A DNA stretch of 64,000 bases from Paracoccus denitrificans (GTDB lineage Bacteria; Pseudomonadota; Alphaproteobacteria; Rhodobacterales; Rhodobacteraceae): NCBI GenBank assembly GCA_005768755.1, contig VAFL01000004.1:189894-253893 (forward strand), given 5' to 3'. The notes beneath the pieces were generated by a model. It was not told the DNA's origin. It saw only the letters and a program-made list of their open reading frames with translations, and made no database searches. Positions 8,910-21,076 of this stretch are shown here, piece by piece; position 1 is the stretch's first letter, and each line of letters starts with the position of its first letter. The position numbers were made by a program, and so were the translations under genes.

Positions 8910-10058
8910 TTACGTCGGTTGCGCCGCGGCAAGCGGCGGATGGTCGCCATCGCCCTGCCGCAGACTGTGCCGCGCCAGCGCCGAAATCAGATCGGTCTGG
9001 GTGACGACACCCACGATCCGCTCGCCATCCAGAATTGGAACAGCGTCCATGCCATCTGTCGCCAGGTGCGGCAGCAAGGCCGCGACGGGGGTTGCGGGCG
9101 TTCCCTGGGTGGCCGGCGCCTGCGTGATCTCGATCGCGGTGGCGGGGTGCGTGTCCTGAAACGAGGCGCGGATCATCTGCAACTGAAAGATCAGCCCCAG
9201 AAAGCGGTTATCCCCTTCGACCACCGGCAAGGAGGTGAAGCCGTGGCGCAGAAACAGCGCCGCCACCTCGGCGATCGGCGTATCGGGCGATACGGTAACC
9301 AGATCGCGCGACATGATCGCGCCAGCCGTTTCCGGACCCGCCATATGACTGGCGGCCTGCAATTCGGCAGCCCCGATCAGCCGGGCCAGATCTTCCACGC
9401 CAAGGTTCAGCGACTGGCGATAACGGCTGAGGATCTCGGTCAGCTCATCCTCGGTCAGGCCCAGCCGTTCGGCGGGCACAGGGTCCTGCGTGCCATATGC
9501 GTTGGGTTCGCCGAACTGCCGGAAAGGATAGCGTCGGCCGGTCAGCCGCGCATAGATCGCAGCCGTGACCACAAGCGTGATCGTGCCCGTCGCGACGGGC
9601 AGCAGCGCGAAGCCGAACCCGAGCGGCAGGATATGGTCCGCCCCAAGCGCGACGGTCATCGCCACCGCGCCGCCCGGCGGATGCGTGGCGCGCAGCACAG
9701 CCATGATCAGTATCGCCGCACCGACCGAAAGGGGCACGTTCAGAAACGGCTCTGGCAGGAAGCGGCAGACCAGTATCGCCACCAGGGCCGAGGCGGCGTT
9801 GCCGACAATCGCCGGCCATGGCTGTGCAAGCGGGCTGTTCGGCGCGGCGAAGACAAGGACCGACGTCGCCCCGAAGGGTGCGATCAGATACAGCGCCAGC
9901 CACCTGTCCGCTGCGATCAATGCCGCGACCAGGCCCGTGGCCAGCAGCCCCAGAAAGGCACCGAAGCCCGCCCTCAGCCCCTCATGCGCAGGGACGGACG
10001 CGACCGGGCCTAGTGCGCGGATATGCAGATATCCCAACAGGTCGATCAAATTTCGCAT
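8910..10058 (-). CDS. HPP-family membrane protein with C-terminal CBS pair
   Basis: Track ORF trimmed to MRNLIDLLGY (382 aa). N-terminal TM region with ATHPPGGA (HPP motif) and two C-terminal CBS-like repeats. Confidence 0.8.
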   Translation of the reverse strand: MRNLIDLLGYLHIRALGPVASVPAHEGLRAGFGAFLGLLATGLVAALIAADRWLALYLIAPFGATSVLVFAAPNSPLAQPWPAIVGNAASALVAILVCRFLPEPFLNVPLSVGAAILIMAVLRATHPPGGAVAMTVALGADHILPLGFGFALLPVATGTITLVVTAAIYARLTGRRYPFRQFGEPNAYGTQDPVPAERLGLTEDELTEILSRYRQSLNLGVEDLARLIGAAELQAASHMAGPETAGAIMSRDLVTVSPDTPIAEVAALFLRHGFTSLPVVEGDNRFLGLIFQLQMIRASFQDTHPATAIEITQAPATQGTPATPVAALLPHLATDGMDAVPILDGERIVGVVTQTDLISALARHSLRQGDGDHPPLAAAQPT

Positions 10059-10191
10059 ATGCACCTCGGCCGATAGCCGCCTGCCTAAGAATTGGGCGTG
10101 CGAGATGCAACAGCGCAGTTTCGGCTGGGTGAAGTTCGGGAAAACGGTGCCCCGTCTGTGGCGACGCAGGGCCGATATCTGCCGCGCCAAA

Positions 10192-10218
10192 GGAAAAAGG
10201 GGACCAGATGGCCCCCTT
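10192..10218 (-). terminator. Rho-independent terminator downstream of scoB
   Basis: On the minus strand, an AAGGGG...CCCCTT stem followed by TTTTCCTTT, immediately after the scoB stop. Confidence 0.6.
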
Positions 10219-10243
10219 CCATGATTTTGTCGGAACGCGGCGG

Positions 10244-10882
10244 TCAGACGATGGTTGCCTCGGTCGCGGCGCGCAGTTCGTCTTCGGTCACGCCATCGGC
10301 AAGCTCGACGATCTTTAAGCCGCCATCGACGACATCCAGAACGCCCAGATTGGTGATGATCCGGTCCACCACGGCCTTTCCGGTCAGCGGCAGCGTGCAG
10401 GCCTTCAATACCTTCGATTCGCCGTGCTTGTTGGTGTGGTCCATGACGACGACGACGCGGCCGACACCGGCAACCAGATCCATCGCGCCGCCCATGCCCT
10501 TGACCAGCTTCTTCGGGATCATCCAGTTCGCCAGGTCGCCGTTCTCGGCCACTTCCATCGCGCCCAGAATTGCCGCCGCGATCTTGCCGCCGCGGATCAT
10601 GCCGAAGCTGGTGGCGCTGTCGAAATACGAGGTGCGCGACAGTTCCGTAATGGTCTGCTTGCCGGCATTGATCAGGTCGGGATCTTCCTCACCCTCGAAG
10701 GGGAAAGGACCCATGCCGAGCATCCCGTTTTCCGATTGCAGCGTGATGTCCTTGTCTCCGACATAGTTCGCCACCAGCGTCGGAATCCCGATGCCGAGGT
10801 TTACATACATGCCGTCTTCCAGTTCTTCGGCCGCGCGGGCGGCCATCTGGTTGCGGTCCCAGCCTTTCACTTCATCCGCCAT
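10244..10882 (-). CDS. scoB: 3-oxoacid CoA-transferase subunit B
   Basis: 212 aa. LQSENGMLGMGPFP with the catalytic-Glu SENG motif. Confidence 0.93.
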   Translation of the reverse strand: MADEVKGWDRNQMAARAAEELEDGMYVNLGIGIPTLVANYVGDKDITLQSENGMLGMGPFPFEGEEDPDLINAGKQTITELSRTSYFDSATSFGMIRGGKIAAAILGAMEVAENGDLANWMIPKKLVKGMGGAMDLVAGVGRVVVVMDHTNKHGESKVLKACTLPLTGKAVVDRIITNLGVLDVVDGGLKIVELADGVTEDELRAATEATIV

Positions 10883-10885
10883 GGC

Positions 10886-11590
10886 TCAGGCCTCCTCACG
10901 CTTGCGGGTGGTGCGCTGTTCGATGCGCTTTTCGTGCTGCCCCTGAATGACCCGGTGGACATAGATGCCGGGCAGGTGGATGTGGTCGGGATCGATTGAA
11001 CCGCGCGGAACGATTTCCTCGACCTCGGCCACGCAGACCTTGCCGCACATGGCGGCGGGCGGGTTGAAATTGCGCGCGGTCTTGCGGAAGATCAGGTTGC
11101 CGGTGTCGTCGGCCTTCCAGGCCTTGACGATGGACAGATCCGCCACGATCCCGCGTTCAAGGATATATTCCTCGCCGTCGAATTCCTTGGTTTCCTTGCC
11201 CTCGGCGATCACGGTGCCGACGCCGGTCTTGGTGTAAAAGCCGGGAATGCCCGCGCCGCCTGCCCGCATCCGTTCGGCCAGCGTGCCCTGCGGGTTGAAT
11301 TCCAGCTCCAGCTCTCCCGACAGGTATTGGCGCATGAATTCCGCATTCTCGCCCACATAGGACGATTGCATCTTCTTGATCTGCTTGGTGTCCAGCAACT
11401 TGCCAAGGCCGAACCCATCGACGCCGCAATTGTTGCTGGCGATGGTCAGATCCTTCACGCCGCTTTTGACAAGCGCGTCGATCAGCAGTTCAGGAATGCC
11501 GGACAGACCAAAACCGCCGGCCGCGATATGCATACCGTCAAACAGCAGGCCTTCCAGTGCCGCATCCGCGTCGGGATAGACTTTCTTCAT
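10886..11590 (-). CDS. scoA: 3-oxoacid CoA-transferase subunit A
   Basis: Track ORF trimmed to [16 protein letters not shown]...[12 protein letters not shown] (234 aa). Lies 3 nt upstream of scoB. Confidence 0.93.
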   Translation of the reverse strand: MKKVYPDADAALEGLLFDGMHIAAGGFGLSGIPELLIDALVKSGVKDLTIASNNCGVDGFGLGKLLDTKQIKKMQSSYVGENAEFMRQYLSGELELEFNPQGTLAERMRAGGAGIPGFYTKTGVGTVIAEGKETKEFDGEEYILERGIVADLSIVKAWKADDTGNLIFRKTARNFNPPAAMCGKVCVAEVEEIVPRGSIDPDHIHLPGIYVHRVIQGQHEKRIEQRTTRKREEA

Positions 11591-11640
11591 CACTTCCTCC
11601 GAAATGGTTGGCAAGTTTGTCGCAAGGGGGTGACGGAGTG

Positions 11641-12363
11641 TCAATTGGCGGTAGCGGTAACTGTCAACTCTCGGGCGATTTCGGCTGCGGCGAACAGGGC
11701 GATGATCTCGGGTCGCTTGTCGCTGGATAATCCGGCACCGATCGGGCAGGTCAGGCGGCTGGCGTCGATACCGGCATCGCGTGCCTCGCGCAGGAAGCGC
11801 GCGCGTTTCGTCGCGCTGCCGATCAGTCCGACATAGGCCGCGTCGCCGCGACGCAGCGCTTCGGTGGTCAGCAGGAAGTCCAGACCGTGATCATGGGTCA
11901 TGATCACGAAAGCCGCGCCCGGCCGGGCGGCCCGGATGGCTGCTTCCGGCAGGACGGTCAGCAGGGTTGGCGCGCCATGCGCCCGGGCAAGCTGGTCCTC
12001 GCGTCCGTCCAGAAGGGTCACGTCAAATGGCATCTGGGCCAGCAGTTGTGCCAGTGCCCGACCGACATGGCCCGCGCCGAAGATCAGCACCTGTGGACGC
12101 GCGGGGGCGGCAGAGGGCGCGGCGCGGTCGAATGTCAGTTCGACCCGGCCACCGCAGCACTGCCCGCTGACAGGGCCAAGCGTGATCTGCATCTTCGCCA
12201 AGTCCTCGCCCGAGGCCAGCATCGCCCGCGCCCTTGCGATGGCGTCGTATTCCAGCCGGCCACCCCCGATGGTTCCGGTCGTGTCATCCGCGCTGACCAT
12301 CATTTCGGCCCCGATCTCGCGCGGGGTTGATCCGAAGGTCCTGGTCACTCGGATGCGGATCAC
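11641..12363 (-). CDS. XdhC/CoxI-family maturation factor-like protein
   Basis: 240 aa. GGGRLEY and Rossmann-like [17 protein letters not shown] motifs. GTG start overlaps the topA stop (GTGA). Confidence 0.75.
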   Translation of the reverse strand: MIRIRVTRTFGSTPREIGAEMMVSADDTTGTIGGGRLEYDAIARARAMLASGEDLAKMQITLGPVSGQCCGGRVELTFDRAAPSAAPARPQVLIFGAGHVGRALAQLLAQMPFDVTLLDGREDQLARAHGAPTLLTVLPEAAIRAARPGAAFVIMTHDHGLDFLLTTEALRRGDAAYVGLIGSATKRARFLREARDAGIDASRLTCPIGAGLSSDKRPEIIALFAAAEIARELTVTATAN

Positions 12364-15017
12364 TCGTCGGTCTCGGCCTTTTTCGCAGCGGCTTTCTTCG
12401 GCGCAGCCTTCTTGGCGGTGCTGGCCTTGGCCGTGGTCTTTTTCGCCGCAGGCTTCTTGGCCGCCGGCTTCTTAGCCGCCGCTTTCTTCGCACCCTTCGC
12501 GCCCTTCGCAGGTGACTTCGCAGCCTTCGCAGCGATCAGCTCCAGCGCCTTCTCCACCGTGACGTCAGCCGGTTCCAGATCGCGCGGCAGGGTGGCATTG
12601 ATCTTTTCCCATTTTACATACGGCCCGAAGCGCCCGTTCATGACCGAGATCTTGCCGCCATCGGGGTGATCGCCCAGTTCCTTCAAGGGCGCAGCCGCCG
12701 CCGCCCGGCCGCGCGTCGGCTTCGAGGCGAGAACCTCGACCGCGCGGTTCATTCCGATGGTGAAGACCTCATCTACCTCGGGCAGGTTGGCGTATTTCTT
12801 GCCGTGCTTGACGTAGGGGCCATAGCGGCCGATCCCGGCCTCGACCAATTCACCGTCCTCGGGGTGATTGCCGACGGGCCGGGGCAAGGACAGAAGCGAA
12901 AGTGCCTGCGCCAGATCGATGCCGGACGCATCCCAGCCCTTTGGAATGCTGGCGCGCGGGGGCTTCGGCACATCTTCGGTCGCCTCGCCGCGTTGGACAT
13001 AGGGGCCGAAACGGCCGTTCTTCAGGCTGATTTCCTCGCCCGCATCTTCGCCCAATACGCGGTCACCGATGGCCTCCTCTCCATCGGGGGCGGACAGGGG
13101 GCGGGTGAAGCGGCATTCGGGGTAACGGTCGCAACCGATGAAGGCCCCGCCAGAGCGCGCAGTCTTCAGGTTCAGCCGCCCCTGATGGCATAGCGGGCAT
13201 TCGCGCGGATCGCCGCCATCGGCGCGCGGCGGATAAAGATGCGGTGCCAGCGCGTCGTCGATGGCGGTCAGCACCTCGCCGATCCGCAGATCGGACGTCC
13301 CGCTGAGCGCTTCCGAGAAATCGCGCCAGAAACGTCGCAGCACCTCGCGATAGGCGCGGTTGCCGGAACTGATATCGTCCAGTTCCGTCTCCATGTTCGC
13401 GGTGAAATCGTAAGAGACATAGCGCGGGAAATATTTCGTCAGGAAGGCGGTGACCAATCGCCCCTTGTCTTCCGGGATCAGCCGGTTCTTGTCCTTCCTG
13501 ACATATTCGCGGTCCTGAATTGTGGTGACGATGCTGGCATAGGTCGAGGGCCGGCCAATGCCGAGCTCCTCCATCTTCTTGACCAGCGTCGCCTCGGTAT
13601 AGCGGGGCGGGGGCTGGGTGAAATGCTGGCGCGCGGCGGCGGTCTTGTGATCGTCGACCAGCACGCCTTCCTCGGCGGCGAAGGCTGCGACCTTCTTCGC
13701 TGCTTCCCCTTCGTTGATGACGGGCAGGCGGTTGCCGTCCTCATCCTCGTCATCGTCGCGGCCCTGATCGTAGACGGCCAGGAAACCGTCAAAGACCATG
13801 ACCTGCCCAGTGGCGCGCAGGCCCACCTGACCGTCAGCACTGCCGATTTCCACGGTGGTGCGTTCCATCCGGGCGGCTTCCATCTGGCTGGCAATTGTGC
13901 GCTTCCAGATCAGGTCATACAGCGCGCGCTGATCCTTTTCGGAAATCCGCAGCTTGTCGGGCGACAGCGACATGTCCGTCGGGCGGATACATTCATGCGC
14001 TTCCTGCGCGTTCTTGGCCTTGTTCTTGTACATGCGCGGGCTTTTCGGCAGGTAATTCGCGCCGAACTTCGCCTTGATCGCATCGCGGGCGGCCATCACC
14101 GCCTCGGGCGCCATGTCGATGCCGTCGGTCCGCATATAAGTGATCAGCCCGGCCTCATAAAGGCGCTGCGCGGTGGACATACAGGCCCGCGCGCCGAGGC
14201 CCAGCTTGCGCGACGCCTCCTGCTGCAGGGTCGAAGTCATGAAGGGCGGCCAAGGATTCCGGCTGGCGGGTTTGGACGCAACGCTGCTGACCATCAGATC
14301 GCGCGCGTCGATGGCCGACAGCGCCAGACGCGCCTTTTCCGCGGTCGGGATGTCGAAGCGTTCCAGCTTGTCGCCCGCCAGGCTGACCAGCGTGGCGTCA
14401 TATTCATCGCCCGAGGGCGTCGCGAGGCGGGCATGGACCGACCAGTATTCGCGGGGCTTGAACGCCTCGATCTCCATCTCGCGCTCGACGATCAGGCGCA
14501 GGGTCACCGATTGCACGCGGCCCGCCGATTTCGCGCCCGGCAGCTTGCGCCACAGGACCGGCGACAGGTTGAAGCCCACAAGATAATCCAGCGCGCGCCG
14601 CGCAAGATAGGCATCGACCAGATCGCGGTCGATCTCGCGCGGGTTGGCCATGGCTTCGGTCACGGCATTCTTGGTGATGGCGTTGAAGGTCACCCGGCTG
14701 ACCGGCTTGCCCTTCTTGAGCGCCGGCGCCAAAGCCTCCAGCAGGTGCCACGAAATCGCCTCGCCCTCGCGGTCGGGGTCGGTCGCGAGGATCAGCGCAT
14801 CATCGCTGGCAAGTGCGTCGCGGATCGCCTTGAGGTGCTTTTTCGAGTCGCTCGCGACTTCCCATTTCATGGTGAAATCTGCGTCCGGATCGACTGATCC
14901 GTCCTTTGCCGGCAGGTCGCGGACATGCCCGAAGGACGCAAGGACGGTGTAGTCATCGCCCAGATATTTGTTGATCGTCTTGGCTTTGGCCGGCGATTCG
15001 ACAACGACGACAGGCAT
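12360..15017 (-). CDS. topA: DNA topoisomerase I
   Basis: Track ORF trimmed to MPVVVVESPAKAKTINKYLG (885 aa). Toprim and catalytic core, Zn-ribbon repeats, and a Lys/Ala/Pro-rich C-terminal tail. Confidence 0.95.
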   Translation of the reverse strand: MPVVVVESPAKAKTINKYLGDDYTVLASFGHVRDLPAKDGSVDPDADFTMKWEVASDSKKHLKAIRDALASDDALILATDPDREGEAISWHLLEALAPALKKGKPVSRVTFNAITKNAVTEAMANPREIDRDLVDAYLARRALDYLVGFNLSPVLWRKLPGAKSAGRVQSVTLRLIVEREMEIEAFKPREYWSVHARLATPSGDEYDATLVSLAGDKLERFDIPTAEKARLALSAIDARDLMVSSVASKPASRNPWPPFMTSTLQQEASRKLGLGARACMSTAQRLYEAGLITYMRTDGIDMAPEAVMAARDAIKAKFGANYLPKSPRMYKNKAKNAQEAHECIRPTDMSLSPDKLRISEKDQRALYDLIWKRTIASQMEAARMERTTVEIGSADGQVGLRATGQVMVFDGFLAVYDQGRDDDEDEDGNRLPVINEGEAAKKVAAFAAEEGVLVDDHKTAAARQHFTQPPPRYTEATLVKKMEELGIGRPSTYASIVTTIQDREYVRKDKNRLIPEDKGRLVTAFLTKYFPRYVSYDFTANMETELDDISSGNRAYREVLRRFWRDFSEALSGTSDLRIGEVLTAIDDALAPHLYPPRADGGDPRECPLCHQGRLNLKTARSGGAFIGCDRYPECRFTRPLSAPDGEEAIGDRVLGEDAGEEISLKNGRFGPYVQRGEATEDVPKPPRASIPKGWDASGIDLAQALSLLSLPRPVGNHPEDGELVEAGIGRYGPYVKHGKKYANLPEVDEVFTIGMNRAVEVLASKPTRGRAAAAAPLKELGDHPDGGKISVMNGRFGPYVKWEKINATLPRDLEPADVTVEKALELIAAKAAKSPAKGAKGAKKAAAKKPAAKKPAAKKTTAKASTAKKAAPKKAAAKKAETDE

Positions 15018-15307
15018 GCAGGACCTCATGGCGGAGTTGGGCCGGGAACATGGGGGTGCTTGGGCAGGGTGTCAACGGGCCGTCTGATAGACCGGCGTTT
15101 CACGTCATGCCCTGATCACGGCAGAATTGCGCCGAAGTGATTGGACTGACCGCCTTACAGCGGCGCAGTTACGTCACTTGCGCAGGGATGAACCGGCCCC
15201 ATCCCGACGCTGAAGGGGCCATTGAGACGAAGGAGTGGGCGTGGTCGCGCGCGGCAGTATGCCTGTGCCCGGCCTGCAGGCAATGGAGGAAAACGGCGTT
15301 GGCCGCG

Positions 15308-16489
15308 CTACTGCAAAGCGATCCGACCGCCTGCGATACGTGTCAGCTTTCCGGCCAGTTCCAACTGCAGCAGAACCGGCGACAAGATTGAAGGGGTGAC
15401 ACCCAGATCTCGTATCAGGCTGTCCTCCTCGACCGGGTTAGGAGAGAGCTGGGCAAGCACGCGCGCCTGCAGCCCGCCGTCCGGGGCGGCGGTCCCGCCG
15501 CGATGCGGAAGCGGCAGGCCGGGCCGGGCAGGTGCAACTGATATCATCACCGGCGAGGGGATTGCGCTGTCTGGGGCGGGGCAGGCGGCGCGCGCGACAG
15601 ATGCGGCAAGTGCCGGCAAAGCGTCGAGTATGTCGTCCGAGTTGCGAACCAGAATGGCCCCGTCCCGGATCAGCTGATTGCAACCGCCGGCACGTCCGTC
15701 GACGGGGTGACCGGGCACTGCCAAGACCTCTCGGCCCTGATCCAGTGCGTTCCGCGCAGTGATCAGGCTGCCGGACTTCACTGCCGCTTCAACCACCACG
15801 ACGCCGTGGGACAGGCCGGATATGATTCGGTTGCGCAGTGGAAAATGCCGTGCGACGGGTGAGAGGCCCGGCGGCTGTTCGGACAGCAGGCAACCCTTCT
15901 CGCACAGGGTTGCCGCCAGCACCTTGTTCTCGGCTGGATAGATCTGATCGATGCCACCGGCCATCACGGCGATCGTGCCGAATTTCACGCTGGCCTCATG
16001 TGCGGCGGTGTCGATGCCGCGCGCCAGACCCGCAACCACCGTCACGCCACGTTCTGCCAGCGCTCCCGCCACGCCCCGCGCCATCCGCAGGCCAAGGGAT
16101 GACGCATTGCGCGCGCCGATTACCGCAAGCATCGGGCGGCCGAGTGCCGAAATGTCGCCCTTGACCCAGATGACCGGCGGCGCGTCTGCAAGGTCGCGCA
16201 GCATGGCAGGATAATCGGCCCCATCGTATCTAACCAGCCGCGCATTCGCCTTCTTCCCTGCCTTCATTTCTGCCAGCGCGTCGGCTTCGGGGCAGGGCGC
16301 GTAATTTTCGACCCCCGCCTGCCGCGCAATCTCTGGCAGTGCATCAATGGCGGCGGCTGCGCTGCCGTGTTCGGAGATCATGCGGTGAAACGTCGCCGGC
16401 CCGACCCGGCGAGAGCGAATGAGGCGGAGGACGCACAGATCGTCTTCCTGAGTGGTGGGGGGCGTGCGGGGGGTGCTGAAAGAAAACAA
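15308..16489 (-). CDS. dprA: DNA-processing protein DprA
   Basis: 393 aa. GLARGIDTAAHEASV Rossmann-fold motif. Classical dprA-topA synteny. TTG start as given by the track, exact start uncertain. Confidence 0.88.
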   Translation of the reverse strand: MFSFSTPRTPPTTQEDDLCVLRLIRSRRVGPATFHRMISEHGSAAAAIDALPEIARQAGVENYAPCPEADALAEMKAGKKANARLVRYDGADYPAMLRDLADAPPVIWVKGDISALGRPMLAVIGARNASSLGLRMARGVAGALAERGVTVVAGLARGIDTAAHEASVKFGTIAVMAGGIDQIYPAENKVLAATLCEKGCLLSEQPPGLSPVARHFPLRNRIISGLSHGVVVVEAAVKSGSLITARNALDQGREVLAVPGHPVDGRAGGCNQLIRDGAILVRNSDDILDALPALAASVARAACPAPDSAIPSPVMISVAPARPGLPLPHRGGTAAPDGGLQARVLAQLSPNPVEEDSLIRDLGVTPSILSPVLLQLELAGKLTRIAGGRIALQ

Positions 16490-16638
16490 CCTCGGGAACC
16501 TTTCCGCCTCATTCCATGATGTTATCGCGCCTGACTGGTTAAGATTTTGTTACCACGAGCAGGGATTCCGGACGGGGTTCACGATTGTATTGCCGGGCCG
16601 AAATACGCTTAATGCGTGCAGCTAACGGGAAAGACGGT

Positions 16639-17343
16639 ATGGGAATCAGTATCAACGTTGCCACGCAAATGGCGCGCATCGCGCCGCTTTTGTCGGAATG
16701 CGAAAATGGTATCATGCTGGGACGCCAGAAAATGCACTTCCGCCGCCCGCAATGGACCCCGCGACTGATCAAGGCGCTGGCGCAGCTTGGGATCACCGCC
16801 ACGCCTGACGATATTTTCCAGACTGACGGCTTCTGCGAGACGTTTCTGAAAACCATCGGCTGGCCACCGCTGAAAAGCCTCGATTTCTCGGCTATCGAGG
16901 GGGCCGAGTTCATCCACGACCTGTCAGAACCGGTAGGCAATGATCTGCAGGGCAGGTTCGACCTGATCTATGACGGGGGCACGACCGAACATGTTTTCGA
17001 CATCGCGCAGAGCTTTCGCAACGTCGATGCGATGCTGGCCGATGGCGGCATCTTCGTGTCGACGGTGGCGACAGATGGCTGGTTCGGCCATGGGTTTTAT
17101 CAGGTCGGGCCGGATATTCCCTGGCGCTATTGGGGCGCCAGCCTTGGCTATGAGGTGCTGGGTGTCTGGACATTTTCGCGCGCCGGGCGCGAACCGCCCC
17201 TGAAGATTTCCGACCCGACCGGTCAATCCCGGGGGGCAGAACAGCGTTTCGATGTGCCGCAATTCATCAACTATGTGGTCCGCAAAACGCCGCGCAGCAC
17301 GCCGCCGAAACCGGTCATTCAAAGCCACTATATCAATTATTGA
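16639..17343 (+). CDS. Hypothetical protein, class I methyltransferase-like C-terminal half
   Basis: Track ORF 16585..17343 trimmed to ATG 16639. FDLIYDGGTTEHVFD and MLADGGIFV resemble methyltransferase motifs II/III, but no GxGxG motif I is seen. Start uncertain. Confidence 0.6.
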   Translation: MGISINVATQMARIAPLLSECENGIMLGRQKMHFRRPQWTPRLIKALAQLGITATPDDIFQTDGFCETFLKTIGWPPLKSLDFSAIEGAEFIHDLSEPVGNDLQGRFDLIYDGGTTEHVFDIAQSFRNVDAMLADGGIFVSTVATDGWFGHGFYQVGPDIPWRYWGASLGYEVLGVWTFSRAGREPPLKISDPTGQSRGAEQRFDVPQFINYVVRKTPRSTPPKPVIQSHYINY

Positions 17344-17387
17344 TCAAGCACATGCCGATCTGGCCCGGCGGGCGGCCGCGTCGCGTG

Positions 17388-18812
<1,425 letters not shown>

Positions 18813-18986
18813 GCGCGGGTCCAGACTCTGCTGTGGCTTCAATGTCCAAGCGGGCCAACCGATACCGTGGTGACTTGTCGCAAGGCGGGTTTTATGGTTG
18901 TAAACAGAAAAAGTTTGACTCGGAAGGGTGGCAGGCGCGCCGGTTGATTGCGTGGCGTGCGGCTGACATAGGCAAGGGATACTCGG

Positions 18987-19883
18987 ATGGTGGCTCCAGC
19001 GATGATGCGCCGCATGTTTGCGGCAGGGATGGGGGCAGCTTCGCTGCTGTCGACGGGGGTTGCGCGCGCACAGGACGCTGCGGCCGATGTGCTGGGCGAT
19101 CTGCCGGTGATCGGCGCGCCGCATCCACGCGGGATGAACTTCCAACCGGCATCCACACCCCAGGCGGTCGATCAGCAATGGCTGGATCACTACGTGCTGG
19201 TTATCATCGCGGCGGTCACCGTATTCGTCTGCGCGCTGCTTTTGTGGTGTATCGTCCGTTACAACCGCCGTGCGAACCCTGTGCCGGCGCGCTTCAGCCA
19301 TAACACCCCGATCGAGGTCACCTGGACGCTGGTTCCGATCCTGATCCTGATCGGAATTGGTGTCTTTTCCTTGCCGATCCTGTTCCGTCAGCTTGCCATT
19401 CCGCAGAACCCCGCGGTCGTCATCAAGGCCATCGGTCACCAGTGGTACTGGTCCTATGAATACCCCGATGAGGGGCTGGCCTTCGACGCGCTGATGCTTG
19501 CCAAGGAAGATCTGGAAGCAAACGGCTACAAGCCGGAAGAGTATCTTCTGGCTGCTGACAACGCGGTTGTGGTGCCCGTCGGGCAGGAAGTGCTGATGCA
19601 GTTCACCGCGACCGACGTGATCCATTCCTGGACCATCCCGGCCTTCGCCGTAAAACAGGATGCCGTGCCGGGCCGGATTGCGCAGCTGGCATTCACCGCC
19701 ACGCAGGAAGGCGTCTACTTCGGGCAATGTTCGGAGCTTTGCGGGATCAACCACGCCTATATGCCGATCGTCGTTAAGGCCGTCTCGCCCGAGACGTATG
19801 CCGCCTGGCTGGAAGGTGCGAAGGTCGAATTCGCCGCGGCAGAGTTGCTGGACGCCAAGCCGATCCAGCTGGCGTCGAAGTAA
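18987..19883 (+). CDS. ctaC: Cytochrome c oxidase (aa3) subunit II
   Basis: 298 aa. CuA motif [13 protein letters not shown]. Near-identical stretches to P. denitrificans CtaC as I recall it ([26 protein letters not shown]). Confidence 0.95.
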   Translation: MVAPAMMRRMFAAGMGAASLLSTGVARAQDAAADVLGDLPVIGAPHPRGMNFQPASTPQAVDQQWLDHYVLVIIAAVTVFVCALLLWCIVRYNRRANPVPARFSHNTPIEVTWTLVPILILIGIGVFSLPILFRQLAIPQNPAVVIKAIGHQWYWSYEYPDEGLAFDALMLAKEDLEANGYKPEEYLLAADNAVVVPVGQEVLMQFTATDVIHSWTIPAFAVKQDAVPGRIAQLAFTATQEGVYFGQCSELCGINHAYMPIVVKAVSPETYAAWLEGAKVEFAAAELLDAKPIQLASK

Positions 19884-19889
19884 GCGGCT

Positions 19890-20804
19890 GTGACTGACAC
19901 AAGCACATATCAGGCACCGCAAGAGGCCGAGTTCGGCGATTATGTCGCGCTGTTGAAGCCGCGCGTCATGTCGCTGGTTGTCTTCACTGCATTCGTTGGC
20001 CTGATCGTGGCCCCGATTGCTGTGCATCCGCTTGTGGCTTTCTGCTCGGTCCTGTTCATCGCCATCGGTGGCGGGGCCTCGGGTGCGCTGAACATGTGGT
20101 ATGACGCCGATATCGATGCGGTGATGAACCGTACCAAGTCCCGGCCGGTGCCCTCGGGCAAGGTCGCGGGCACAGAGGCGCTTGGTCTTGGTCTTGCGCT
20201 GTCCGGCATTGCCGTGATGATGCTGGGTCTGGCGGCGAACTGGTTTGCTGCGGGTTTTCTGGCCTTCACGATTTTCTTCTATGCCGTCGTCTACACGATG
20301 TGGCTGAAACGCTCGACCCCGCAGAATATTGTCATCGGCGGCGCGGCGGGTGCTTTCCCCCCCATGATCGGCTGGGCTTGCGCCACCGGCGGGATCGCCA
20401 TCGAATCGCTGCTGATGTTCGCGCTGATCTTCTTCTGGACGCCGCCCCATTTCTGGGCACTGGCACTGTTCATGAAGGAAGATTACCAAAAGGCGGGCGT
20501 TCCGATGCTGACCGTGACACACGGTCGCGAGGTTACGCGCCGCCACATCTTTGCCTACACGCTGGTGCTGGCCCCCTTCGCGATCTGGCTGGGCCTGACC
20601 TCGATCGGCGGGCCGATCTATCTGAGCGTGGCCGTCGTTCTGAATGCGCTGTTCATCTGGCGCGGCTGGCAGGTGATGCGCCGCAGCGATGCACAGTCCA
20701 GTGCAGATGCGCACAGGGCTGAAAAAAGCTTCTTCAAGCTGTCGCTCTATTACCTGTTTGCGCATTTTGCGGCGCTGCTGGCCCAGCATTGGGTGGGCGC
20801 ATGA
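19890..20804 (+). CDS. ctaB: Heme o synthase (protoheme IX farnesyltransferase)
   Basis: 304 aa with GTG start. UbiA-family motifs ([15 protein letters not shown]) and polytopic topology. Confidence 0.93.
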   Translation: MTDTSTYQAPQEAEFGDYVALLKPRVMSLVVFTAFVGLIVAPIAVHPLVAFCSVLFIAIGGGASGALNMWYDADIDAVMNRTKSRPVPSGKVAGTEALGLGLALSGIAVMMLGLAANWFAAGFLAFTIFFYAVVYTMWLKRSTPQNIVIGGAAGAFPPMIGWACATGGIAIESLLMFALIFFWTPPHFWALALFMKEDYQKAGVPMLTVTHGREVTRRHIFAYTLVLAPFAIWLGLTSIGGPIYLSVAVVLNALFIWRGWQVMRRSDAQSSADAHRAEKSFFKLSLYYLFAHFAALLAQHWVGA

Positions 20805-21076
20805 TGACGCTGCGCACCGAACATGAACTGCATGGCCGCCGCCGGTCGCGCAATATTGGCCTGCTGGCCGTGCTGCTGGCTTTCGTCGCGCTGATTTTCG
20901 GGCTGACCGTGGTCAAGGTGCAGAATGGCGATGAAGCGGCGCTTCAGGGATTTGACCATCAGGTACGCCCGGCCCTTTTGCCGCGCGAAGAAGGTGTCGA
21001 GATCCAGCCAAGCAACGACCCGGTTGCCGCGCCCGGCACGCCCGCGGCCGATCAGGGCGCAAGGACCACGCCATGA
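20801..21076 (+). CDS. Small single-TM protein of the cta cluster
   Basis: Track ORF trimmed to ATG 20801 (ATGA overlap with the ctaB stop), 91 aa. Its stop overlaps the ctaG start. One TM helix ([21 protein letters not shown]). Confidence 0.65.
   Translation: MMTLRTEHELHGRRRSRNIGLLAVLLAFVALIFGLTVVKVQNGDEAALQGFDHQVRPALLPREEGVEIQPSNDPVAAPGTPAADQGARTTP

Noticed and set aside
15018-15307. Possible topA promoter (TTGACA at 15070-15075 on the minus strand) or a small gene in the 290-bp dprA-topA spacer
   Set aside because: The -35-like hexamer has no convincing -10 partner at 16-18 nt. No ORF in the spacer has coding character.
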